Below are positions 50,453-62,108 of a stretch of DNA of 64,000 nt, piece by piece. Origin of the DNA: Thalia democratica (Eukaryota). The stretch lies in contig OZ241828.1 in NCBI GenBank assembly GCA_965202585.1, positions 31,248,001-31,312,000 on the forward strand, read 5' to 3'. Numbering within the stretch: position 1 is the first letter of the stretch; each line of letters opens with the position of its first letter. A model generated the notes under the pieces. The model was not told the DNA's origin, made no database searches, and worked only from the letters and a program-made list of their open reading frames with translations. Position numbers and translations under genes: made by a program.

Positions 50453-53400
50453 GCTTTTGAACTATTAATCTCGTTTTTAAACTTTATTTATAAAACACTC
50501 TGTTAATTGAACTTATTTTAATTTAGAAATACATTAATTTGTTACGTAGCAGCATGAGTAAGTTGTTAAATAAACAAATTTTAAATGGAAAGTAACTTAC
50601 AAATATTGGTATTTAACTCTACCAATAGTAAGCTTATATGTATTTCGTAGTTTAAACATCTTAAATGTAGTTTATACTTATCTAATTAATTTTATAGCAG
50701 TCCTAAACCAATCATAGGGTATTTACTTTTTAACGTAAACTGCTACTAACTAGTCACTTGATTTCTAAACATCTTAAGTTTTACTAAATTTTATAATCAT
50801 ATTATAAACTTTTCCCAATCTTGTAACTGTCAAGTATGATAACAATTTTGGAAGTAATGAATAGCAGTTTTGTATATTTTTTCTAAACTAATATCAAAAG
50901 TATAAACACTTATATTTTTATTTTTAATCTTTTTTTGAAATTGTGCTTAGTAAATGTTTTACGTGAAAGATAATTTGTTATTGAAGCTTTTAAATTATCA
51001 AAAAGTAACTGTCATGTTTTTAGACTTGCGAATTTGTTACTTAAAATTATTTACCAATATCATAGAAATTAGTAAAAAAGAATGTAGTAAAGATATTTTT
51101 TATATATGTTTTTGGTATAGATTTAAATGGTATTAAAATTTGTTTAAAGCTATTATAAAACAATTTAATTTAGTTTTATTTTTATTCTGAAAAAATTAAA
51201 AGGTTAGAATACTTATAGTACACATAAAAAAACACTGAGGAGTTTTATATCATTTAAACTCTTAGGACAAATGTATAAAGTTAAGCAAATTGTAAACTCG
51301 ATACTTTTTGAAATTTACTGATTTAAAGTAATTTTTTTTTGTCGCACAAATTTTTGTACTTTTTCAATTAAGTATTCTTTTGCGTTTAGTAAAACATTTT
51401 TTTTGATTTGTGTTTATAAAATTAAAATATTGACATAAAAAAAAAAATTTTTAATTACTATATCAAAAATTTTTTTTAACAAAAATCGTTAAATAATTAA
51501 AGTTTCGTTTTTTCGTAAACTTATTATTGTTAGTTATTGACAGGTCAAGCTAAAATATTCAGACTCCGCGTTTAATTTTTTACAATAACAATTAGCATGT
51601 ACTTTGACGTAACAGTTCAGGCGTAAGAAAATCAGAAAGACCACCACAGGTGGTTCAAATTCAGGTTAGTTTTTTTTTTTTAAATTATCAAATATAGAAA
51701 GCTTTTAAAATAAGTCGTTTTTACGTTCTAAAGTCTTAATAACCTAGAAAAAGTAGAATTTAATAAAAAATAACAAAATTGTTTGACTAACCCGATTATC
51801 AATGGATACAGTTTTTGTTACTAAAAAGGAAAACTAAAAACATGTTAAGGGTTTACTTGTATTGTATCAAAAATTATTCAATTACTTAATATTGTAAAAA
51901 AGACTTTTAAAGAAGTGCTATATAATATTTCAAAGTTACTAACTGTATTTATTTTAGAAACAACACGAATACTGCTACAGGAATGTTTTAGAATATGTTA
52001 ATTCGATTTTTTCCTATAACAACTTCAGAAAAGTGCTACTAAAACTAAAACTTTTTTTGAATATTTTAGACGCTTTTAACATTTTCATTGTCATTTTTCT
52101 GTTATTTGTAACAGTACTTTACCATCTAATACTACGGTAGCGCTAGAGAAAAACAGTAAAATAAAGCAAGTGGTTTTTTAGAACGTAATAAACTTAAAAG
52201 TTTTTTTGGTACATTTTAAACATCAGGGTTTTCATAATTTCATAATATTTTATGTGTTGTTTTAATTAACAATTTTTGTAATTTAAATTTGATGTTAATC
52301 ATGAATAAAGTCTGATTTTGTTTTAAGTTTAAAAATGTTAATCTTCTTTTTTTCATTAAACAACAAACCTTTATTAATTAGCAGTTTCAGCTAGAAAAAG
52401 AATTAGGTATACTTTGTGATATAACAAGTTTCTGTGAAAAAATTTATCTAACTTTTAGAATAAACGTAAGCAGATATATTTTAAACTCTTCCTTAATTAA
52501 TAAATATAATAAAGTTCAAAAATAAAAACAAAAACTTAGAAAAGTAAATAGAAGTGTAACAAATCGTTTTTGAAAAAAAAAACTAGCTTTTGAACAACTT
52601 ACTAACATATTTAATTTAAATTTGAAAATATTTAAAAGATTTGAGTTTTTTGTAAGCGGCAAAAATAAAAACTAGTTATAACCAAACAACATAAATAGTC
52701 CTAAATAAAAACATATGCTTTTGGAAATAAAGTTTTACCTTAAATGTCTTATTCTATGCTAAAGTCATAATAATTTCAAAAAGAAAATCTACTTACTTAT
52801 TGATTCATTTTTTTATTTGTTTAGATTTAAATTTTTAGAAAATTGTATTAAGTTAAGCAAAAATATTAATCATTTTTAAAAATTGTAGAGTCTTCTTAAA
52901 CTTTTATAAATTAAGAAATCTAAAGTTGTTTATTTAAGAAAAAAAAGCTGCTAGTTACAAAGAATTAAATAGTTATTAACTTTTATTAAAATATTAGTTT
53001 TTGCCTTAGAAAAAAATTATGTGATACATCTTGTAAACTTAATATATATATACTTGCAATACATACCTTAAAATATACTTTTAAATACATTATTAAGTTA
53101 TCAACTTCACAGCAATTTACACTTCACGAGCAACCGACATTTAACCTACTACTGCATTATGTAAAGTGTAAGTTTGATCGAATTATGTCAACACTTATCT
53201 GTAAATATATGAAATCTTTTGAACAATACATTTATTATCTTATTTAAAATTTTGAAATTTTATCAGGTTTCTGGAAGATTAAAAAACAAAATTAAATAAA
53301 GCTTGTCAAAAATAAAACTCGGGAGTATTTAAATTTTATAAGTTATAGAACAAATAAAACATAAAAAATATAAAAAAAAAAATTCAGTTAACAATACTTC

Positions 53401-56400
53401 TTAAATAGCTACTTATAACAACAAATAGTTGTATAAAATTCTAAAAACATTTAGAAGCATTTATTACGTTAATAAACAGATGTCTTACTATTGGGTAAAT
53501 AAACTCAAGCGTAAAGTTAATTAATATGTAATAATAAAAGACGTTAGTTATGAATTAAAAATTATTTGCATTTATATTTAATAGCAGATAGTTGAATACA
53601 CATAAGTCAGTATAGCTAATTAGAGTAAATAAAAATTGTTTGACAAACATATTAAATATTTCAGTTGTATTGATAATGTTTAATAAGTATAGGAGAAAAT
53701 AAATTTTGCCTTTATAGTTTTTAGAACTTTTTTGTAAACAAAAAACAATTAACTCGTGATTAGTTATTGACGCAATAAAAATAGACAAAAAAAAAACTTT
53801 ATTCACGAAACAGACAAATAAAAGTTAAAATTTCATAAATCTGAATTTAATGGGCAATACAACTGCTAATTAAATTATTTCAGTATAAAAATCAATAATA
53901 AAGTAGTTAAATGAAAAAAGAAATACAAAAATCAAAAACTAGGTCAAAAGTAAATTGTTTATCTGTGTGAAAATTTTCTTTTGTGAATACTGTTTATTTA
54001 AAAACTGCTTTTTTTATTTGAACTCTTTTTTTCACTAAGTTTTTATAAAAGTTTTTTTATTACTGACTTAATCATTATTTATTTAAGTTTAGAATTTTTT
54101 GTTTGTTTCATAGACTTAATACTACTTATTTTTTATTGGTTTTACTTTGTATCAGGTACATATTATTTGAAAGTTGTGTTTAATTTTTAAATTAATAGCA
54201 TTATGTAATTTTATTTTATCATTTTTTTTTTGCATTTCTTTTTTGGAAAGCAAGAAAGTTCAAGGTTTTATAGTTTATATTTTTTGATTCTTTTAAGTCT
54301 AATCACAATAGTTTTTTTTTTACAAAAGGCTTCATTATTGCCTTATCGTTAAAAAAATTTCAAATAGCTTAATCTATATTTAAATTGCTAATTCTTATAT
54401 AATAAAATTTCTAAATTTTTCAAATGCACTTTAAAACTATACTTTACACTTTTAAAAAATTATTTATTTACTGTTTTTATGAAATTTCACATTTAAAACT
54501 TCTAAAGAAAAACCATTATAATAATCAGTTCTGCATAGTTTCGAGTATATAATAGTAATGTAAAAATGTTTATATTATAAATAAATAAATGCATAGTTTC
54601 GTGTGGGAGGCTGGAACAATTTTGATTAAAACTAAAAAAACCGATTCAAATAATATAAACACAAGTAAAATACAGTGACTAACAAATAAAAATTCATTGT
54701 AAAATAATAGTATCACTGAGATTAATTTTTCTTCCTTACGCCTTCATCCTATAGATTATAAGTTTATATATATATTTTTTGTAATTGTGTAATCGTTTTT
54801 AGTCTATGCATAAGTTTTTATATGAGAATTTATTTCGTTTCATTCTATGTGCATACTAAGTTATTATTTATCATATAGGACTATTTGTTTCTAAATTCTT
54901 TACTATGTTGTTTTTAGATTTTAACTTTCATTGAATGTAATTTGTTTCTTTCATTTTTTTTGTATATTGTTTAAGTGGCTCAGGTTTTAAAGCCCGAGCC
55001 CATCTTTGCACAATAAGCTCCAATAATAATAACAAAAATAGTTTATAATAAATATCTCGTTAAAATGTAAAATTTTGCAAATAAAAAGTTCTATAAGGTA
55101 TTCTAACATAAATAAAAATCACTTTAAGATTTTCTAAATTGGAAGTATATGTTAATATAAATAGTTAATTAAATGTAGAAGTCACTAAGTTTACATGCTA
55201 AGTTTAAAACGTACTTACGTTTTATGCGATTTATCGATAAAATACAAACTGTATCTAACTGTGTGGTATATTGAAACCAGTAAATCATTTATACATGTTT
55301 TATAATAATTTTATTTAACTTTTTTTTACAAATCGTAATATAATTTATTAGCGGTTAACCAGTCTAAACTAAAGTCGGAAAACTTAATTATGATAAATAC
55401 AGAAACATATAGGAATGCTTTTATTCAACATGTTTTAAGTTTGAAAAAATTCTATTTATCACTGTTTTTTGGTAATATTTATTTTTCCTAATAGATTGTT
55501 TTAAAACAAATTGTTATTTTTATTTAATAAACAAATTATATTTAGTATTTTTTATTCTGTAGAAAAAAACTTAAAAACTTTAAGTAAAACTTGTTTTTAA
55601 ATGTTTTTAAGAAAGCAAATTGGTAGTGTTTGTATATACTTTATTACTGTTAATTATTTTTAAATGGTAGCAACTTTTAAATTTATTAAATTTTAATAAT
55701 AAATTTGCATTTTGTATATTATTTTGGAAAATGTTAAAATATTTACTACTTTGATTTTAAAAACTTTCTTAACCTTCAGATATTTCTTAACAACTTTTAA
55801 AAGTTATACTTCTAAAGTTTCATATAAAATTTACTAATACTTTTGAAAGCAACTATATAAATACTTGAAACAGTTACATAATAGTATGAATTTTGCTTTA
55901 TCTTATTCTCTAACGCTCATTATTTTTTTAACGTTAATAAATATGAAGGTATATTTGTCTAAAAGCTACTGAAAAATAAAAAACATGAAATTTTAAGCAA
56001 ATTATAAAACTTTATCAGCCTTATAACTCGACTAACTCGCAAACTCGGATAATTACGAAACTTTTACAAAATACTAAAAGTTTAGTCATACAAGTTTAAA
56101 CAAAACACAAAATCAAAATAATTTTCAAAAGCACTTTTGTTTTATCTATAGTTGTCATCTAGTGATAAACGTTTTCTAGAATTTAAAAAACGGCAGCTTT
56201 GAAATAACTTATAATATTAAAACTAGGTGAACGGTGAACTAGACATCTGTTTTGAGTTTAATTTGTCTGAAAACCAGACTTAATCTTTCATTTAAATTCT
56301 TTGTGTTTTCAGTGACATTTTTTTGTTGTTTTCAGTAAACTCAAAAGTTCTTTGTTCTGTATTCAGTTTAAAAATAAAACTGAGAAAGATTAGCAACTAC

Positions 56401-56563
56401 TAAATTGACGACAGCAGCTAAATTTTAGTCATAACTTATTTTTAAAAAATTGTTTACGATATAAGGCTTACTTTTTTTTTAGTATATTTCTAAGGTTGAG
56501 TAGGAATATTATTCTTTAAGAAATGTTTACTTATTAAACATTTAGTATTTGTTTTTTATAATC

Positions 56564-56721
56564 NNNNNNNNNNNNNNNNNNNNNNNNNNNNNNNNNNNNN
56601 NNNNNNNNNNNNNNNNNNNNNNNNNNNNNNNNNNNNNNNNNNNNNNNNNNNNNNNNNNNNNNNNNNNNNNNNNNNNNNNNNNNNNNNNNNNNNNNNNNNN
56701 NNNNNNNNNNNNNNNNNNNNN
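56564..56721. other. Assembly gap (158 N)
   Basis: Run of N. Confidence 1.
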
Positions 56722-58296
56722 AGAAGTTAAAGTCATCAAAATTAGTTATATTTTCACGGAAAAATGCATAACGTTTTATTTAAAAAAATTTATTCGAAAA
56801 AGTTTAAAAATTTTCTAAGATAATATAAATTTCTAAACTTGGTATTAGTTTTTAGGTTTTTTATCTTAGAAGTATATTTGAATCACTTTTTGTTATTACA
56901 CAAATTAAAATAATTTAACCTATAATTAGGAAATTTATTGTTTTATTAACTCAGAAACATATTTATTGCAATTTACTAATTTTACAAACGACAGCTTAAA
57001 TTAAAAAATAAGTATCTAATGTATTTGTCTATTAAAAAAAAAAAAGACTATACTAAACTTCGTAAAATTAAAAACAGAGTCATATACTTGTTCTATATAG
57101 AACTTTTGTTAAGTTATAATTACTGCAATAACTTAAAAAAAATTATAAATGTATAACAAAAAGAAAATTTAGCTATAACTAAATATAGGTTGTTTAAACT
57201 ACAATCAATTTTTTTTAGGAACTAAAATAATCTAAATTAATTGATTTGATATTTCTCAAATAAAGCCTTGTCATAGCTTAGATTATTGCGACAACTGTCA
57301 ATTTCAAATTTTTTGGTTTAAAGGTTTAAAGGTTTGTTATTGTTTTTAATTAGCAATGTTATTTTAGACAAGATATGATATTACACTATGTATTAGTAAG
57401 TACAAAGTTTTCTTAGGTTTTGCTAAAGTGTTTAATGTATACAAAATACATTTGACTTAGTGGTAGATTATAATTATACTTATCATATATAAAAACAAAG
57501 TAGTTTGTTTTATTTATTGTGTAAAACGTGTTTGAATTTTAATTTGCTGGTTAACCGCGGGAATTGAGGTTTATTCAGGATCTAAAACTACCCTATACTA
57601 CTCACAATTAAGAAGCTTTTAAAATATAAAAAAAGGTTTTGTCTGTAAGTGTAGCGTACAAAGTTTTCTACAGATGGGAAATTCCCTCAAGTAAAACTTT
57701 TGCTCTATTAAAGGTAAATTCTCTCGAGTAAAACTATCGCATTTAACAAACTTAGTTGAACCCGTTTACACAAATAGACTTTTCTGATATTTCCTTTACT
57801 TATTTAATCGATAGTTTTGACTTGATCTTTATTTCTTGTTAACTGTGGAATAATTTAATCTAATACTGATAATGTTAAAAGTTGTGTTTCTTTATTTTTT
57901 TATTTATTTGTAATGAACTACAATAATTTTTTTCAAAGAATACTCCTAATACTGGTACTACAACTATATTGATACTTTTATATAAGTTAAGTTTTAAGAA
58001 TAACGAAAAAAAGTCTTGTTAAATTAAATTTTTTACGAGTTTTGTAAAAAAGGAGCTATTTTTTTACAAAAACAAATTAAATTTTCATTTAAACAATAAA
58101 AAGGCGTTTTGTTTTATTATTAAAGCTATTAGTAAAAAATAGATACAACTTCAACTTTCAATAACACTTTATTATATGAACTGCAGTTTATAGTTTATTC
58201 TGTAACCAAAAAAAAAGAATTTATATATCTATCATGAACATAAAAGTTATACAAAATAAATATTTTTGTAGAAGAAAAGCTTCTGCAGAAAGTTGT

Positions 58297-59052
58297 TTAA
58301 GTTGAAATCTTTTGTAGCAATTTTTCATATTCTTCTTTGAAGTAACTGTTTTCATTTTTAAGTGAATTATTTTCACTCTTTAGCCTCATTGTTTCTTCAA
58401 TTCTCATTTTCATTTTTGAACTCAGCATAAGAATAACTCCAACAAAAGCTACTGCTATAGCAAAAATAACAAACAGCACATTTGAGCTTGGGTTGTGAAC
58501 AAAACCCTGTCCAATAATAGACTCTGCATTCGAGTTTGTTGTGTTCACTAAGTTAAGGCTTAAATTAAGAGAACGATTTTTTTCTACGAAGATCTCTGTA
58601 GATAAGTTAGCTGTATTTGGCTTCAAACAAATGAATCTCTTTTTAAAACCCCAGTCTTCAATAACAAAGAGTTTCTTAAAGTAAGGAGTGTAGGAAGCTA
58701 TGTTTACGTCTTCAGACTTGTTTCCAACCCACCTATACAAATCACCGTGCAGTGTTTTGTTATAAACTATATTGTTAGTAAATAACCGGATTATTTTATC
58801 TCCACATTTCTTAATATCAAGACCTATATGGTACTGCTGAAATCCCCAATGAAACTTGCACGATGAGTCCTCAATCTTCGCGATGCTCCTCAAAGCGTCT
58901 CGATCCCTTGAATTTGTAATAGGGGCCAATATCTGGCCCCTCTTTGCACACTCCACCTTGGCCTCGCAAGCCAAAACTCTCTTTTTATAATAAGTAAAAG
59001 TTCCTGTTGGCGTAGTGACAGTCGTAGCACATGTAGGATTCTTATACCTCAT
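58297..59052 (-). CDS. Divergent C-type-lectin-like domain membrane protein
   Basis: 251-aa ORF with CTLD-like pattern C...AKVECAKRGQILAPITN...YHIGLDI...KKRFICLKP, a hydrophobic segment VLFVIFAIAVAFVGVILML and a coiled-coil-like tail. A phase-0 acceptor at 59083 suggests an upstream exon. No signal peptide located. Confidence 0.75.
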   Translation of the reverse strand: MRYKNPTCATTVTTPTGTFTYYKKRVLACEAKVECAKRGQILAPITNSRDRDALRSIAKIEDSSCKFHWGFQQYHIGLDIKKCGDKIIRLFTNNIVYNKTLHGDLYRWVGNKSEDVNIASYTPYFKKLFVIEDWGFKKRFICLKPNTANLSTEIFVEKNRSLNLSLNLVNTTNSNAESIIGQGFVHNPSSNVLFVIFAIAVAFVGVILMLSSKMKMRIEETMRLKSENNSLKNENSYFKEEYEKLLQKIST

Positions 59053-59234
59053 TGCAAAATTTGTGCGAAATATTTTTTTAAGCTGAAAAAAACATAATTA
59101 GAACTACTTTATGTATCGTTATAAATTATGTATTCACGTATCTTGTTTTTACTAAGTTAGGTTTGTAAATTATTAATGTTTTTTTATAAACTTATATTTT
59201 ATTTTTTAGTTCAAGTATTCGAGGAAAGACTATT

Positions 59235-62108
59235 ATGAAACTGATTACGAAGCACATCATTTTTTCATTACTGTTTAGTATGAGTTTTTCTGAAACAAAA
59301 AGTAAGTTTTATATTGTTACTTAAAATTATATTTAGTGTTTTGTCAAATAATATTTCGTCTAAGAACTTTAACCATTTAAATTTAAATTTTACGTCATGG
59401 AAAAAACGTCAAACTGTATCTCATGTGCATGATACGATTATTGAAATATACTCTTGTATACTAGGTCTATCGACCAAATTTGATCCCATTTGTTGTCGAA
59501 GAAAATTTTTACTTAGTTCTTTTTAAATTTTTCTTCAATAACATATTTTTAAAAGAAAATTATTTTACAAATTTGTTATAAATTTTATTCATACAATGAC
59601 TTTATTATAAAACTTTGTAACAATTCCAAACTTACAGTGCTACAAAATAAAAAGCTCAAGCAGTAAAAGTAGAACACTGCAATACACGAAATGGTGACAG
59701 AGATATTTTTGTAGCCGAAGGTAGTTTTAGTAAAAGATGCCCAAGAAAAAAATCAGAGTTTACATATGTTACAAACCAAGAAATTTCAAAACTTTCTAAT
59801 TGCATTAAACAATTGGCTGTTGAAAGAAATATTTTTGATGTAAAAGTCTTGCCAGTAAAACAGATGTGCGATAAAAAATGTATAGACACAAATTGTTCAC
59901 TGCACTACGTAATTGATCTCGAAAATTATGTAACAAGTTGCAAATCAAAGACTTTTCAACAACAACATTTCAGTTTTTGTGCTACAACAGACTCAAAAAA
60001 CAATGGCGATTCAAACTACATTGTTATTGTGTTTGTACTTGCTTTTGTTGTTCTTTTAGTTGTTGGTATTTTGACGTACTTCTATCGAAGATATAAAACT
60101 TCAAATAATTCTGAGACGGTAAGTCGAATAATAAAAAGTATTTGTTTTAGCATTGCTTTCGGTCATTGTTTTGTTTTAATTAAAAACCTTAAAGTTATTT
60201 TTTACGCAGGCAAATGATGAAGAAAAAATAACATTCCTAAAAGGAAATAAACAAACAAGTTGTGACAGTTTAGAAATAATAACTTCAGATCTTAAAAGAG
60301 AGAACCACAAATCATTAATTCAAGAAATCGATGAGCTACCTTCTACGTCATCTAGCAGCACAAGCTCTTGTGAAAAAACTGATGAAACTTTTTCATTAAA
60401 AAACTGATGAAAAACAAATAAGTTCGCAGAGTTTCGCAAACACAAACAACCGTAAGTACATTAAAAAGGAAGGTTTTTAAAAACAAAATTAGAAGCGGGT
60501 AAATGAGTAAAGTGTATAATAATATAAATTTAAATTTTAGAAGTAAGTAAATTTTACTACATAAGTTTGTTTTTAAATTTTATTTTATAAACAGCACTTG
60601 CTACTGATTACAACTCAATGCCACTCAGCGAATTCTTAATTACAAACAAAAACTTCTACGTTGCCTACCAACTCGTTTTGCAAGTAAAATATTTTTTTAA
60701 TTTTTTAAACTGCAGATATCTTAAAAAATTTTTAAATATAAAAAATAACTAAAAAATGTTTAATGAAAACAAAAATTTAGAATAATTATGTTTGAATAAA
60801 GCTTTTATTTTACTTTCGTGATTATTTATTAAACTTCTGTAGAGTGATCTGCTAATTAGTTTGTAGACTGTAACCAAAATAAATAAAAGAGGCAAAAAAT
60901 GTTTTTTTACAAAATATTACAATTAAATTGTAATCAAAACATTTTAATATTTAATAGTCTAATTTCTTTATATGGGAAATGTAAAATAGTCTGTTATCTG
61001 TACCAGAAAGTTAAATAATGAAATGTAAAAAAAAAAATTATACACTTTTTCAGATCATTAGAAAAATAAAGAAACTTCATAATCAAGATTTTTGTGTTGG
61101 GTCAAGCTTAAAAGTGGACAACATTCTCATTTTTAAGCAACCGTTTTTACCACCGTACAACATAGGATTCAAATTCATAGAAATCAACTTTCAGAAGATA
61201 AGAAGTAGTTATTTTTTATTTGTTACCTTAAAAAAACTATTGATTATAAAATATTTAGAAAGAAATTTATCTAAATTGAAGACAATCAATGAAAGCAAGT
61301 TGCAACTAGATCAAAAGAAAATAGTAAATGAAACAATAAGGAATAAAATCAGTCGTCCCAAAACAGTTAGTAAAAATTAATGATTAATTTAAGCGTTGGT
61401 ATATTTGTAAAGCTGTACCATTTTAAATAAACAATTACAACTAAAAAAAAGTGATACGTACATAAGTGAAACTAAAAAAATAAATTAATTAGTTTACTTA
61501 AAAATATTCTTATAAAAGTTTAGTATAATATTTTAGACTGAAAAGTTTTCTAAACAAGAAGATATAAAACAGCTGTCCATTCTAGTTCTAGATATCTTGT
61601 CTGCTTATGTCAAACAAAAATTTTCGATTACTAACCCTGAGTATTTCGAAAAATATAAAAAATTTTTGGAAGGAAAGAGTATGTTTTGGCAAAAAGTTCC
61701 AAAAGAACTTTTAGAAATGGTGGAAGGTATTGAAATCTGGATAACTGTTAGTTTATAATAAAACTTGTGCCTCAAACCTTATTGTTTAAAGCAAATAAAT
61801 GAATAAATCTGTCTAAAAAACATTAAAGTTCAAAATATTATTTATAAAATGTTGTGTTTAGTATTAAATAAATTTATAAAGTATTGCATAAAAAACATTA
61901 TACTGTTTATGGTGAATTATTTTTCATAGAAAAGCATACTAATAAAATAATATTTTATTAGGTTGGATTAATAACGGATGGTTGTAGTGAGAAACCCAGT
62001 GAAAGGCCTGACATCGAAGAATTTGAAAGAAAGTTTATAAGCCTGCAACTTGAACTAAATGCTCTTATTGAAGAGGATAAACAGAAATACGGAAATGACA
62101 TCATATGA
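59235..62108 (+). CDS. Single-pass receptor-like protein with Cys-rich ectodomain and degenerate kinase C-lobe (pseudokinase); frameshifted in this assembly
   Basis: Exons 59235-59301 (signal peptide MKLITKHIIFSLLFSMSFS), ~59655-60118 (ectodomain and TM), 60210-60451, 60595-60683, 61054-61204, 61259-61365, 61537-61746, 61962-62108. All have GT-AG ends and matching phases from 60595 onward. The exon-2 acceptor is unresolved, and there is one extra A near 60400. Confidence 0.7.

Noticed and set aside
51540-51670. GGTTCAAATTC B-box-like motif suggesting a tRNA or SINE
   Set aside because: No convincing A box or cloverleaf.
56542-56818. ORFs spanning the N-gap (also the 5' part of 48224-48460)
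   Set aside because: Artefacts of translating N; only the GFPSN part of 48224-48337 is real (unit G exon 2).
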